Shown here in pieces: positions 1 to 12,659 of a stretch of 64,000 nucleotides of DNA. Below the pieces are notes generated by a model. The model was not told the origin of the DNA. It saw nothing but the letters and a program-made list of their open reading frames with translations, and ran no database searches. The stretch is from contig NC_057718.1 of NCBI RefSeq assembly GCF_004010195.1, positions 3,176,249 to 3,240,248 of the forward strand. The letters are read 5' to 3'. How positions within the stretch are numbered: the first letter of the stretch is position 1; every line of letters begins with the position of its first letter. The DNA comes from Chiloscyllium plagiosum. Taxonomy: Eukaryota. Made by a program: the position numbers and the translations under genes.

Positions 1-255
1 CCTGCCCAGCTCCTTTTCCACCTATCCACTCCACCCTCTCCTCCCTGACCTATCACCTTCATCTCCTCCCCCACTGACCTATTTTACTCTATGCTACTCT
101 ATCCCCACCCTCACCCTCCTCTAGCTTATCTCTCCACGCTTCAGGCTCTCTGCCTTTATTCCTGATGAAGGGCTTTTGTCCGAAACGTCGATTTCGATGC
201 TTTTCGGATGCTGCCTGAAATTGCTGTGCTCTTCCAGCACCACTGATCCAGAATC
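1..255 (+). mobile_element. Penelope-like element 3' terminal repeat fragment (cut by the window start)
   Basis: Pyrimidine-rich tract followed by CCTGATGAAGGGCTTTTGTCCGAAACGTCGAT...GGATGCTGCCTGA...TTCCAGCA, the same terminal module that follows the GIY-YIG ORF at 41.6-42.4 kb. Confidence 0.7.
162..189 (+). ncRNA. Minimal hammerhead ribozyme core (Penelope type)
   Basis: CTGATGA-A-GGGC TTTT GTCC-GAAAC-GTC: conserved core boxes, 4-bp stem II with one G-U pair, GUC cleavage triplet. Confidence 0.6.
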
Positions 256-399
256 CCCTTACACAATTGATCTCTTGGAACCCGATGTACCCCTCATTGC
301 ATTAGAGCCAGTCTCCATACCAGAAACTTGGCTATTCGTGCTACGTTCCCCAGAGAATCCATTACCCCCTATATTTTCCAAAACAGCATACCTTGATGG

Positions 400-790
400 A
401 AATGTATCAGATTATGAGATGCATTGATAGTGTTGACAGTCAGAATCCGTTTCCCAGAGTTGAAATGTCTAAAACTACGGAGCATGCATTTAAGGTGAGA
501 TGGAGAATGTTCAAAGGAGTTGTGAGGGGCAGGTTTTTCACACAGACAATGGAACGCACTGCCAGGGCTAATGGTAGAAACAGATACAGGAGAGGCGTTT
601 AAGAGATTTTTAGATAAGCTCATGAATATTCAAGGTATGGAGGCATATGGACCAAGGGCAGGCAGAAGGAATTAGGTTCATTTAGTGTCATGTTCAGCAC
701 AACATTGTGGGCTGAAGTGGTCATTCCTATGCTATACTGTTCTATGTCCCATGTTCTATGTTTTATGTTCAGTTTTCCATGTTCTATCCA
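400..790 (+). mobile_element. CR1 LINE 3' end fragment
   Basis: Translates to Y.IMRCID.VDSQ..FPR...VRGRFFTQ (CR1 ORF2 C-terminus) and ends in a (TTCTATG)-like tail. Confidence 0.75.
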
Positions 791-799
791 GGGCCACTT

Positions 800-2065
800 C
801 TGTGGTCCTAGTACCCGATTTTTGTTCCCTGAAGTAAACTGTCCCTCTTGCTGAATGGAGTTTTGTGTCCAGCATTGGCGTTTCTGATGCTTTTTCACCC
901 TCCCTCCCAGATCTGGGAATACCAAGTTTAACCTGGTGCAGAGTCTTCTTTCCTACAACATCTCTGCTGGAGCTACCCCTGTAGGTGTACGAGGGATGAT
1001 CCTATAATCAAACAGGAACCGGAACAGTTTGGTGTCGAGTATATGTTGAAGGCTGTTTCTTTAAGCCTGGCTTCAAAGTTTGGACTACTTTTTCTGCCAG
1101 ACCACTGGATGATGCATGCTGTGGAGCTGTCCTTGCATGCCAAGTGGCATTTGACTTCAGGCAATACTTGAATCCTCTGCTGGTAAATGATGTTTCATTA
1201 TCTGTGATCAGCACCTCAGGGGGTCCATGTATTGCAAAAGATGCTCGCAACTTTTTTATCGTTGTCCTTATAGTTGATGCATGAACTTTTTGCATGTCCA
1301 ATCATTTTGAGTGGGTGCCCAAACTAACTGCAAATACAGAGCCCATGAAAGGATTGACATATTCGACGTGTAACCGGGTCCAGGGGTTCACCCGGCCATT
1401 CCGGGTAATTTTTGTCCATGCTGGCACTGCTCACCAATGCGGCTGTGTCTGCACCCAATCCTGGCCACCAGATATTACTTTCCACCAATTTTCATTTTGG
1501 AAACCCCTGGATGACCCTGGTGGAGTTCCGCCAGTATCTGGCTGAACCTTTGCTTGGTGGAATCACTCCTGCTCCCGACAGTAATCTGCCATCCTCTATG
1601 GTAATCGGGTCTCAGCGGGTCCAGAAAGGTTTCAGTTCAGGTTGTGATGGCCCTTTGACTTCCTCCAATGACACCAGCTCTTCTAATTTCGCCAGGATCG
1701 GATCTTTTAGTGTCCACAGTTAGGTCTGGTCAGCGGTGATCAGAAGGGTATCCAGAAAGTTTATAATTGGAATGGACTCTTCCAGTGACAGCATCACCGG
1801 TGGATTAATCTGCCAGCAGGAGGTGGCTCAAGGCATCACATTTGCCACTTGGTCATCTGAATAATTTTCTGTCACCAAGTGCCCCTTTATCTACACGTTT
1901 AGCATGTGACACTGATCCAGCTCCCTCCGAACCAGCTGTCAGAGTGAACAGAGCCCCTGATGCTCCTGTTTATATCTGTCAGCAGGGCTTCCTGATTGGA
2001 CCTGATTAATCAGGGAACTCATATTCCATGAAGTCTACCTGGCTGACCTCATTACAATCCCCACA
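800..2065 (-). mobile_element. Gypsy LTR retrotransposon fragment (RNase H/integrase) with LTR-like remnant at about 1870-2065
   Basis: ORF 1008-1301 HGPPEVLITDNETSFTS...H.RTAP.H..S.GLAEK.VQTLK is an integrase core. The 1870-2065 sequence recurs in split form at 12555-12660 and 15550-15663. Confidence 0.7.
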
Positions 2066-2480
2066 CAGGGTCCCACCATTAAGTGTATAGGTCCTGCACT
2101 GGTTTGCCTTACCAATATTCTACACCTCACATTTTTCTAAGTTGAACACCATCTGCCAATCCTTGGCCCATTGGCCCATTCAGTCAAGATCCCATTGGAC
2201 TCTACAATAACCTCCTTCACTGTCCACTATAACATCTATTTTGGTGTCATCTGTAAACTTACCAACATTCACATTTAAATAATTTCTATAAATGATGAAA
2301 AGCAGTGGATGCAACACCAATCCATGTGGAACACAACTAGGCACAGGCCTCCAGTCTGAAAAGCACCCTTCCACCACCACCCTCTGTCTCCTCCATTCTA
2401 GCCAAGTTTGTGTCCAATTTACAAGCTCACCCAGATCCCATCTGATGTCACTTTACTAACCAATCTACAACACAGATCCT
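2066..2480 (-). mobile_element. CR1 LINE reverse transcriptase fragment
   Basis: VVVEGCFSDWRPV.S.VPHG.VL.PLLF.IY...KFTDDTKI motif. Confidence 0.8.
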
Positions 2481-2724
2481 TCCTCAGTATGAGCTGGCTG
2501 TGAATTTATTCCATTCAAGGTCTGCTTTCTTATCCTCAATGAGAAACATCATCACTAATCCTCCCTCTGAATTATCTTCACCTTCCAGGAGAGTTTTAGC
2601 TACCCTTTCATTTATTTATGATGTCACATCAACTTTTCTTAACAGATTTTCTTTATTCATTGCTTTGGTTACCACATACAATGAAAATATCCTAGAAACC
2701 TGTTCCTGGAAGTGTTCTGTTTCT

Positions 2725-3560
2725 TGAACATAAGAACCTGGCACAGGAGTTGGCCATCTGGCCCTTCGAGCCTGCTCCGCCATTCAGTATGATAATGGCT
2801 GATCTTTTCATGGCCTCAACTCCATTTACCCACCCTCTCGCCATAACCCTTAATTTCTTTACTGTTCAAACAATTCTCTATCTTAGCTTTAAAAACATTC
2901 AATGAGGAAGCCTCAACTACCTCACTGGGCAGGGAATTCCACAGATTCCCAACCCCCCAGGATGAAGAAGTTCCTCGTCAATTCAGACCAAAATCTGCCC
3001 CCCCCCCCCGCCTTAGTTTGAGGTTATGCTCTTTTGTTCTAGTTTCATCTGCCAGTGGAAACATCCTCTTTACTTCTATCCTAATAATTGTCTTCATAAT
3101 TTTATGTATCTATGAGATTTCCCCTCCCCATTCTTCTAAATTCCAATGAATGTAATCCCAGTCTACTCAGTCTCTCCTCTGCAACCCCTCTCATGCCACT
3201 ACATCCTTTAAAACTCCTTTGGACATTTTATATTTGTGGGCGAGCTTTTGTCCAACAAAGCTATTTCCCAGACATAAGCCTAGGTTTATGAGACCAGGTG
3301 AGGTAGGTGCGTGTGTGTGTGTGTGTGTGTGTTTACAGGAAACGGAGGAAACCATTTGGCCCATTTTGCCTGCTCCACTATTCAGTAGGATCATGAATGA
3401 TCCGATAATCCTCAAACCCAATTTACTGCCTTTTCTCCATGACCCTTCAATCTCTCACTAATTAAATCTCTGTCCATCTCAGACTTGAATATTCTTAATG
3501 ACCCAGCTATGACAGCCCTCTGTGATAAAGAATTCCACAGATCCACAACCTTCTGAGAGA
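2725..3560 (-). mobile_element. Two older CR1-type 3' end fragments separated by a (TG)n microsatellite at about 3311-3332
   Basis: FSQKVVDLWNSL.Q.AV.A.SL.IFK.E.D motif and the matching 3' UTR. Confidence 0.65.
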
Positions 3561-6500
3561 AGGTTGAACAGAGCGATGAGGAGAGAGGGTGGAGAGAAGC
3601 ATGGGCTGCTGTGTAGGTCAATTTTTCTCACTTAGAAAGGGACTTACTTCAGGAATTGGGCCTCCATTTTGAACAGAGCAGCAAGGAGAGAGGGCAGAGA
3701 GAAGCGAGGGTTGCTGGGAATTTTAAGTGAGTGAGATCTAAACCCGAGATCCTACACTGTAGAGCCTCCTCCCACCCACCTCCTCTAATCTTACTAAGAG
3801 TCTGTAAACTCGATAAGTTTTCAGTTTTCTCTTTCTTTCGTTTCTCTCTTCCTTTGCTTAGTTCTGTGCAGGCTTTCAGATTAGCGGGGTGTGGCTGTTA
3901 GGGCACTTGCATGTTCCTCCTGCAGAATGTGGCAGGTGAGAGACACTTCACATGTCTCTGCCGACTACAACTGCGGGAAATGCACCCAACTCCAGCTGCT
4001 CGAAAACTGAGTTTGGGAACTGGAGCTGGAGCTGGATAAACCAAGGATTATCCGGGACGCTAAGGGGCAAATTGAGAGAATGTGCAGGGAGGTGGTCACT
4101 CCTCAGACATAGCTTACAGTCAGGGGGAGGAAAGGGAACCAAAAGATTGAGTAGGGATCTCCTGTAGCTGTTCGCCTCAGTAATAAGTGTACCATTTTGG
4201 ATACTGCTGGTATGGATGGCCTACCGAGGAAAGCCATAGTTGTCGGTTTTCTGGCACTGGGCCTGGCACTGTGGCTCAGAAGGGAAGGGGGGAGAATAGA
4301 AAAGCGCTAATGGTAGGGGACCCAATAGTTAGATGGATTGACAGGAGAGCGTGTGCTCAGGAATGGGAGTCCCGGAAGGTATGTTGCTTCCCTGGTGCCA
4401 GGGTCCAGGATGCCGCCGGTTGGGTTTACAAGATTCTGAGGGGGAAGTGTGAGCAGCCAGAAATCGTGGTACATCTTGGCACCAATGATATAGCCAGGAA
4501 TCGGATTGAGGTTCTGAAAAGTGACTACAGAGAATTAGGTTGGAAACTGAAGAACAGTATAAGAAGAGTAGTGATATCGGGTTTGCTACTGGTGCCACGA
4601 GATAGTGAGGTGAGGAACAGTCAGCGAATGCAGCTTAACACATGGCCGTGAGGCTGGTACAGGAGGGAGGGTTTCACATACTTAGACCATTGGGATATCT
4701 TCTGGGGAAGGTGGGACCTATACATGAAGGACGAGTTGCACTTGAACTGGAGGATCACAGGTGTCCTGGGTGGGAAATTTGCTTGTGTAGTTCAGGAGGG
4801 TTTAAAATAGTTTGGCGGGGGGTGGGAACCAGAGCTACGTATCTGAGAGGAAGGTAGTTGTAGATGGGGCAGTGACAGGACATAGTGAATCTATCGGGAA
4901 GCTTTTTCATGTGATGAAACAAAGTTAATTTGTGTCTGTTCTAACGCAAGCAGTGTTAGAAATAAGAGTGAAGAACTTCAAGCATGGATCAGTACTTGGG
5001 GCTACGATGTTGTGGCCATAATAGGGATGTAGGTTTCTCAGGAGCAGGAATGGTTGCTTGATTTTCCAGGCTTTATAACATTTGCAAAGAACAGGGAGGA
5101 GGGAAAAAGATGAGGGGGGGTAACATTGCTAATCAGAGAGTGTGTCACAGCAATGGAAATGAAAGCTGTCAAAGAAGGTTCAGATACTGAGTCAGTATGG
5201 GTGGAAGTTAGGAACAGCAAAGGAGCAGCAACCTCATTGGGGTTTTCTACAAACCTTGTCATAGCAGTAGGGAGATCAAAGAACTCATAGGTTGGCAGAT
5301 TTTGGGAAAATGCAGATGTAGCTGAGTTGTTTTTATGTTGTTATGACTTCAACTTTCCCAAGATTGACTGCAGATGTTTAGATGGAGCCATTCTTGTCAG
5401 ATGTGTTCAGGAGGGTTTCCTTACTCAGTATGTAGACAGTCCGATGAGGAGAGAGGCCATTTTGGATTTGATGCTCAGCAATGAGCCAGGACAGGTGTCA
5501 GATCTCGCAGTGGGAGAACACTTTGGTGACAGTGACCACAACTGCCACACATTTACCATAGCCATGGAGAGGGAAAGGAGCAGTTACCATGGGAAGATAT
5601 TTAATTGGGGAAAAGGAAATTATGACGCTATCAGACAGGAGTTGGGAAGTATAGATTGGGAGCAATTATTCCACAGAAATGACACAACAGACATGTGGAG
5701 ATTGTTTCAGGAGCAGTTGTTGAGTGATGCACAAATTTGTTCCTCTGAGACAGGCAAGAAGGGTTAATATTAAGGAGCTTTGGATAATGAGAACAGAGGA
5801 GCTTCTCATCAAAAGAAAGAAGGTAGCTTGTGTAAGGTGGAGGAAGCAAGGGTCTAGCACAGCTTTAGAGAATGATAGGCTTGTTAGAAAGGAGATCAGA
5901 AATGGACTGAGGAGAGCCAGGAGGGGGCACAAGAAAGGCTTGGCAAGAAGGATTAGGGAGAACCCAAGGGCATTTTACTCATATGTGAGGAACAAGAGAA
6001 TGATCAGGGAGAAGGTAGGGCCGATCAGGGATAGCATAGATAACTTGTGTGGGGGGTCTGAGCAGATAGGGGAAGCCCTAAATGAGTTTTTGTTCTGGTT
6101 TTCACTAAGGAAAGAGATCTTATTGTTACTGAGAACTTTGAGGCACTGGGGAATAGGCTTGAACAGATCAAGATTGATGAAGTTGATCTGCTGGAAAGTT
6201 TGGCAAATATCAAGATTTGTAAGACCCAAGAGCCATACCAGATTTTGTAGATTGGATTCGATTACTTACAGTGTGGAAACAGGCCCTTTGGCCCAACAAG
6301 TCCACACTGACCCTCCCGAAGAGCAAGGCACCCAGACCCATTACATTTACTCTTTCACCGAACACTATAGGCAATTTAGCATGGCCAATTCACCTGACCT
6401 GCACATTTTTGGACTCTGGGAGGAAACCAGAGCACGCGGAGGAAACCCACACAGACACGGGGAGAATGTGCAATCCCCACACAGACTGTTGCCTGAGGCG

Positions 6501-8085
6501 GGAATTGAACCCAGGTCTCTGACGCTGTGAGGCAGCAGTGTTAACCACTGTGCACCATGGTATTCTAGGCTGCTCCGAGAAGCAAGAAATGAGGTTACTA
6601 AGCTGCTTGCGAAGATATTTGCTTCCTCAATCTCTACGGAACTCAGACCGGAGAATTAGAGAGAAGCCAATCTTGTTCCTCTTTTCAAGATTGGGAGTAG
6701 GGAAATTCCTGGCAATTAGAGATCAGTCAGTCTTACATCTGTGGTCAGCAAGGGTTTGGAAAGAATTCTGAGGGATAGGATTTATGACTATTTGCAAAAT
6801 CATAGTATGATTAAAGGCTGTCAGCATGGCTTTGTGAGGGTCAGGTCATGCCTCAGAAATCTTATTGAGTCCTTTGAGGAGGTGAGGAGACAGGTTGATG
6901 AAGGTCAAGCAGTGGATGTGGTGTACATGGACTTCAGCAGGGCATTTGATAAGCTTCCCCACAGTAGTCTCATTCATAAAGTCAGGAGGTATGGGACACA
7001 GGGAGATTTGGCCATCTGGATTCAGAATTGGTTGGCTGACAGAAAGCAGAGAGTGGTTGTAGATGGAATGTATTCTGCCTGGAGGTCAGTGGTGAGGTGT
7101 ACCGCAGGGGTGTTTTCTTGGGCCTCTGCTCTTTATAGTTTTTATAAATGACTTGGATGAGGAGGTTGAGGGGTGTGTTAGTACATTTGCCGATGACACA
7201 ATGGTTGGAGGTACTGTTGATAGTATTGAGGGATATTGCAGCGTGACATTGACAGGATGCAGAGCTGGCTGAGAATGGCAGATGGAGTTCAACCTGGATA
7301 AGTGCAAAGTGATGCATTTTGGAAGTTTGAACTTGAATGTTGAGTATAGGATTAAAGACAGGATTCTTGGCAGTGTGGAGAAACAGACGGCTTTTGGTTT
7401 TTAAGCGCATAGATGCCTCCAAGTTGCCACCCATATGGAGAGAGTTGTTAGGAAAGCATATGGTGTTTTGGCTTTCATTAACAGGGGGATCAAGTTTAAG
7501 AGCTGCGAGGTTTTGCTACAGCTCTACAAAACCCTGGTGAGACCACACTTGGAATATTGTGTCCAGTTCTGGTCATCCTACTATAGGAAAGATATGGAGG
7601 CCTTGGAGAGGATGCAAAGAAGGTTTACCAGGATGCTGCCTGGACTGGAGGGCATGTCTTATGAAGAGAGTTTGACTAAGCTCTGACTTTTCTCTCTGGA
7701 GAGAAGGAGGAAGAGAGGTAACCTGATTGAGTTATATAAGGTAATGAGAGGCATGGACAGAGTCGATAGCCAGAGACATTTCCCCTGGGCAGGATTGACT
7801 GCCACAAGGGGTCATAATTTTAAGGTGTTAGGAGGAAGGTATAAAGGAGACGTCAGAGGTAGGTTCTTTACACAGAGAGTAGTGAATGTATGGAATGCGT
7901 TGCCAGGGTGGTGATGGATGCAGAGTCAATAGAAACATTTAAGCGAATGGTGGAGATGTACATGGACAGCAGTGAATTAAGGGGTGCGTAAGTTAAGTTA
8001 TTTTATTTTAGATTAGAAATAATCCTCGGCACAACACCATGGGCTGAAGGGCCTGTGCTGTGCTGTACTTTTCTATGTTATGTTA
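3560..8085 (+). mobile_element. Near full-length decayed CR1 LINE (5' UTR, ORF1 zinc finger plus SGNH esterase, ORF2 endonuclease-RT)
   Basis: ORF1 GDPIVR...CFPGARV...VVHLGTND; ORF2 DFNFP, LDL.L.NEP, GDSDH, QHGF...SC..NL..F, YMDFSRAFD, FADDT, LYKTLVRPHLEYCVQFW; many stops and frameshifts. Confidence 0.92.
6248..6559 (-). mobile_element. HE1-type tRNA-derived V-SINE inserted in CR1
   Basis: On the - strand, A box ...CACAGTGG and B box GGTTCAATTCC, V-domain core GTGGGTTTCCTCC and a TCTAA-like tail. Confidence 0.85.
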
Positions 8086-8089
8086 CAAG

Positions 8090-9420
8090 TAATTCCTCCT
8101 CATCTCTGTCTGAATGTGGTGACCTGGTATTCTGAGATTATACCCTCGAGTCCGAGACAAGGTGAAACTACCTCTCTGCATCAACCCAACATCACCTCCT
8201 CAGTATCTTCTCACATTCTCCTAAACCCAGATGAATACAGAGCTGACCTACTCAGCATCTTTTCATAAGAATATCCCTCTAGATCCAGGATCAACTGAGT
8301 GAACCTTCTCTGGACTGCCTCCAATGTCAGTGTATTTTCCCACAGATAAGGGGCCTACAACAGCCCACATTATTCCAGCTCTGGTCTAACTAATGCCTTG
8401 TATAGTTGTAGTAAACGTCTCCCTATTGTTATCCTCCATTCCTTTTGAAATAAAGGCCAACATTCCATTTTCCCTCCTTACTTCCTGCTGATCTTGGATG
8501 CTAGCTCTCGCTGATTCATGCACACTCTCTAATCCTCCCAGTCCCTCTGTGCTGGGCTGCCAAGCAGTCTTTCCTCTCATGGGAGGCAATGACCAAGTGG
8601 AATAATCACTAAATTATTAACCCAGAGACCTAGGGCATATTCTGAGACTCCATATTCAAATCCCTCCATGGAAAACATTGAAATTTGAATTCCTTAAAAA
8701 CCTGGTATTAAACATCTGATGATGACCATGAAATGATTGCTCGGGAAACATCCATCTGGTTTACTGCCATCCTTACTGGTTTGGCCTACATGTGACTCCA
8801 GACCCACAGCAAAGGAGCCAATTCTTAACTGCACCCTGAGCAATTATGGATGGACAATAAATGCTGGCTTAGCCAGCAATGTTCACATCTTGAATGAAGA
8901 AAAAAAATGTATTCTTCCTGTTAAAGTACAAGACATTGTATTCCCCACAATATATTTCATCTGTCAACATTGTACCTACTCACTGAACCTGTCTATTGCT
9001 CTGTGCAGACTGTTTCATTCTCACCACTTGCCTTCCCATTTATTTTTGTGCCAACCATAAATTTTGCTGCAGTCGATTCACTTTCTCCATCTAGTCATTA
9101 ACATTGATTGTCAATTATTGTGGCCCCAGCACTGAGCCCTGTGACACTCCACAAATGACAGATTGTTACCCTGAAAATGCCCCTTTTATCCCAACTCCTG
9201 TCATTGGTTAGTTAACCAATCCTCTGTCCATACTACCTCTAACACCAAGGACTCTCATCTTATTAAATACCCTCACATGTGGTACCTTATCAAAAATGAT
9301 TTGAAAGTCCAAATACATGACATCGACTGGATCCCCGTTATCTATCCTGCTTCATACCTCATTAAAGAGTTCCAGTAAATTTGTCTGACATTGTGTATTC
9401 TTTGTGATGCCATAGTAACT
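8090..9420 (-). mobile_element. Old degraded CR1-type and other repeat fragments
   Basis: Residual MLAFISKGME motif and RT-like stretches on the - strand. Confidence 0.5.
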
Positions 9421-9999
9421 CTGCTGATTCATGCTATACATTTTTACATACCATCGCCATCGTCATCATCATTGTCATTATTATTGTTGTTATTGCTGGG
9501 GGTGAGCTGCCTTCTTGAACCACTGCAGTCCATGTCCTGCAGGTAAACCCATAATACTCTTAGGGAGAGAATTCCAGAAGTTTGACCCAGTGACACTGAA
9601 TGAACAGTGATATATTTTCAAGTCAATAAAGTGTGGTGCTTGGAGGGGATCTTGCAGGAGGTGGTGTTCCCATGTATCTGCTGCCCTTGTCCTTCCAGAT
9701 GGAAGTGAAATTGGGTTTTGACAGCTACAGAAGAAAGTCATGTGTCTAAAATATCAATGAGATTCTCAACAGAGTTAAGAAATAAGATTTAACACATGGT
9801 TTATTTACTTATTTCAGTTTATGTTGATGGATTTTGTTTGAGCTGAATCAGTCACAAATACGGCTCAATGGCACAGTGTAACAAAGTGTTCTCTCTATTT
9901 AACTCAAAATTCCTACCACCCTGTCAGAATTTTTCAATACATTAGTACAGGGAATCTGTTCTTAAGAGAATAAATGTATCGTCGTCTTTTTATTTAAAG

Positions 10000-10344
10000 G
10001 TGTCACTGGTCCAGTCCTTCTCCAGTCTCCGAGCCTGGAATGTGTCATCAAGGGTCACACTGCCCGGTTTCAGTGCACCATGAGGAACACCATAGTGACA
10101 CACACTGATGTTCACTGGCACCGACTCTCCCCAGAACAAGTTATACAGTGGGTTTTAACACATCCAGGACAGACCCACACACAATGGAGCCCAGCATTCA
10201 CTGAGCGATTCCAGCATTTCAGAGACTCCTCCAGTAACAGCTTCATTCTGAGCATCACAAATATCCAGCCCAGTGACACTAGGGTCTATTACTGCTCAGT
10301 CTGGGAAAGGATCTTTGGGAGAGGAAGCCTGCTCATTGTAGACA
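10000..10344 (+). CDS. VJ exon 1: pre-joined Ig V-set domain with J-like end, open frame
   Basis: Acceptor tttaaag at 9999. Phase-1 exon reads (G)VTGPVLLQSPSLECVIKGHTARFQCTMRNTIVTHTDVHWHRLSPEQVIQWVLTHPGQTHTQWSPAFTERFQHFRDSSSNSFILSITNIQPSDTRVYYCSVWERIFGRGSLLIVD, with both Cys, Trp, DxxxYYC and FGxG. The donor is GCAAGT rather than GTAAGT. Confidence 0.85.
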
Positions 10345-12659
10345 GCAAGTAGAGTTCACATGACAATCCACTCCACCAGTTTGTGATCAAGAAGATTGAG
10401 ATGGTGATGGAGAGTGATCTTGGGAATGGATTCACTGTGGGTAGGAAGCTGAGCTCAGGTTCAATGTTGGTTGGGGGGAGTGAAAGGGGATATTTTGTGA
10501 CAATGGGAGAAGGATTCTGTGGGAAATGTGGAGCTTTATCCTGGAGAATGAGTAATATTAATTCCATTCAACTCACAAGAGTGTCAGTGCCATCGGGCTG
10601 AAACAGCAGAGTCAGGGATATTGCTCTGTGAGGCGCCACATCTGCAGGGGAATCTCCCAGGAACTGGGAATGAACCACAAAGCAAAGGGGCACATACATC
10701 TCTCTTCATTCCAGAGACAATTGGTTCAATCCAGGTTAAAGGGAACCACTTCACATCGAGCACAGGAAAAGGAGAGGGGCTTGCTCTGCATGAGCTCCCA
10801 CAGCTGAGACTGGGATTGAAGCTGAGATGTTGTCATTATTCTACATTATACTCCAGCCATTCAAGCCACCTGACTGGGGATGAGTAATCATAATAGTCAT
10901 GTTGAATGTTGTTGACAGCCTTGCTACAGACCCCATCCTGGTTCAGGTAGGTCCTGGAGCTTTCTCTTTTACTTGTCCCATGGAGGAGAGTGGGCAGCCT
11001 ATCGTAGATCAGATATAATGCAGAGAGATGGGAGGACACTCAGATTGGGTGGACAAATAAGAACAGTGGTGACAATCTTATTTATAAGTTCAATTCTAAC
11101 AAGTGTGCAGGAGCAGTCCAAGCTGGGAGTATACTGTTTCATTGAGAAAAGTCATGAAATGCATAAGAAGGATTCTGTAAAGTGCAGACAGAAAGCACTG
11201 ATTTCACCCAATTCACATGAAATTGAAGAAACTCTGAGATGTCAGCACATTCTAACTTCTGATGTGATGTCCTTGCTGCACTGGGATGGTCTTGCTTTCA
11301 GGCATTTTTTCGACAAAGAGCAGGAATTATTTCTGCAGAGACGTGTTACCCTGTTGTAAATGAATGTATGTTTGAGATTAGTAGGATATAGTTTAATCTC
11401 AAATAGAAATGCAGTTGTTGATCACGTTTTCTGCTTGTTTCAAAAATCTGTCTTGCTGATAATAAATGTCATGTTTGAGGTCATGAATCAACCTGCTATT
11501 TTTTAACTTTGTATCAGAGGACAGAAAATACATAAAATGGCTGTAGTGTTGATTCAGTCACACATTTTGTATGGCTTGTAGTTAAATGGGGCTTGATTAC
11601 TAGTGCATTCACCCCATTAGAGTCTAAACGCTGATGTGAGGTGTATGGTTTCTGTCTAATTTTAATACAATTTAGCATGAGTTTGGATTCTGAACTAGTG
11701 ACATGTAGGCTTTCGTCTTTGTGTGTATGAGAGGATTTAAAGATTACGATTACTGTATTTCTGGAATGATGCTTTTTTTTAAAGAAATCAATCTGACAGA
11801 AACAGTTCTTGGAGTGTGAATGGGAAATTGTTTGCATTGGGAGAGATTTTATGAGCAGAAAAAGTAAACATTGAAATGATTAGGATGCTTACAGGTTGAT
11901 GGAATTGGATTGTTTTTCATTTCAGAGAGGCACATATTGCTTGGAAAGCCAGATTTTTCTAGAATAGAGTCCTAGTGGGTGCTTCTCCTGATGAATGGTG
12001 ATAGTTTTGAATTGTTAAGACTTAGGGAACTTCAGGATATGCAGCTTAACTTAAGGATTGCCCCCTGAAAATGTCACATTTATCCCAACTCTCTGCCATT
12101 GTTTAGTCAGTAAATCATCTGTCCTTACTACCTGCAACAAGGAGGACTCTATTCGTATTAAGTAGCTTAATGTGTGGTACCTTATCAAAAATATTTTGTA
12201 AATTCAGATGCATTATCGACTGGATTCCCCCTTATCTATCCTGCTTCTCACCTCATCAAAGCATTCCAATAAATGCGTCTGGCATTATTTATCCTTCATG
12301 ACACCATACGAGTCATTTCTAGATGGTCTGCTAATACAATCATCACCATCACCATTATCTTCACGACTGGAACCATTATTATTATTATTATTATTAATAA
12401 TTATTAATGTTGCTATCACTGGTGGTGAGCTGCCTTCTTGAATTGCTGCAGTCCATGTATTGTAGGTAGATCCACAATACCCTGAGACAGGGAATTCCAG
12501 GATTTTGACCCAGTGACCATGAGGGATGACGGAACTCCACAGAAGCCGGTATCTCATCACCAAGTTACCCTTTATTTACATGTGCAGAATCCTTGACACT
12601 GATCCATCTCCCTCAGAGCCAGCTCTCAGTGTGATCATGTGATGATGCTGCTCCTTTAG

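Noticed and set aside
10433-10439. RSS-like heptamer CACTGTG in the conserved intron after exons 1, 5 and 6
   Set aside because: In the exon 1 copy there is no GGTTTTTGT-like nonamer at 12 or 23 bp and no FGxG J segment follows; exon 2 has CTCTGTG at this position.
10383-10601. ORF MIKKIEMVMESDLG... also present at 60342-60533
   Set aside because: Explained by the duplicated intronic flank; no recognisable domain, and the frame is not kept at full length in the exon 2 and 5 copies.
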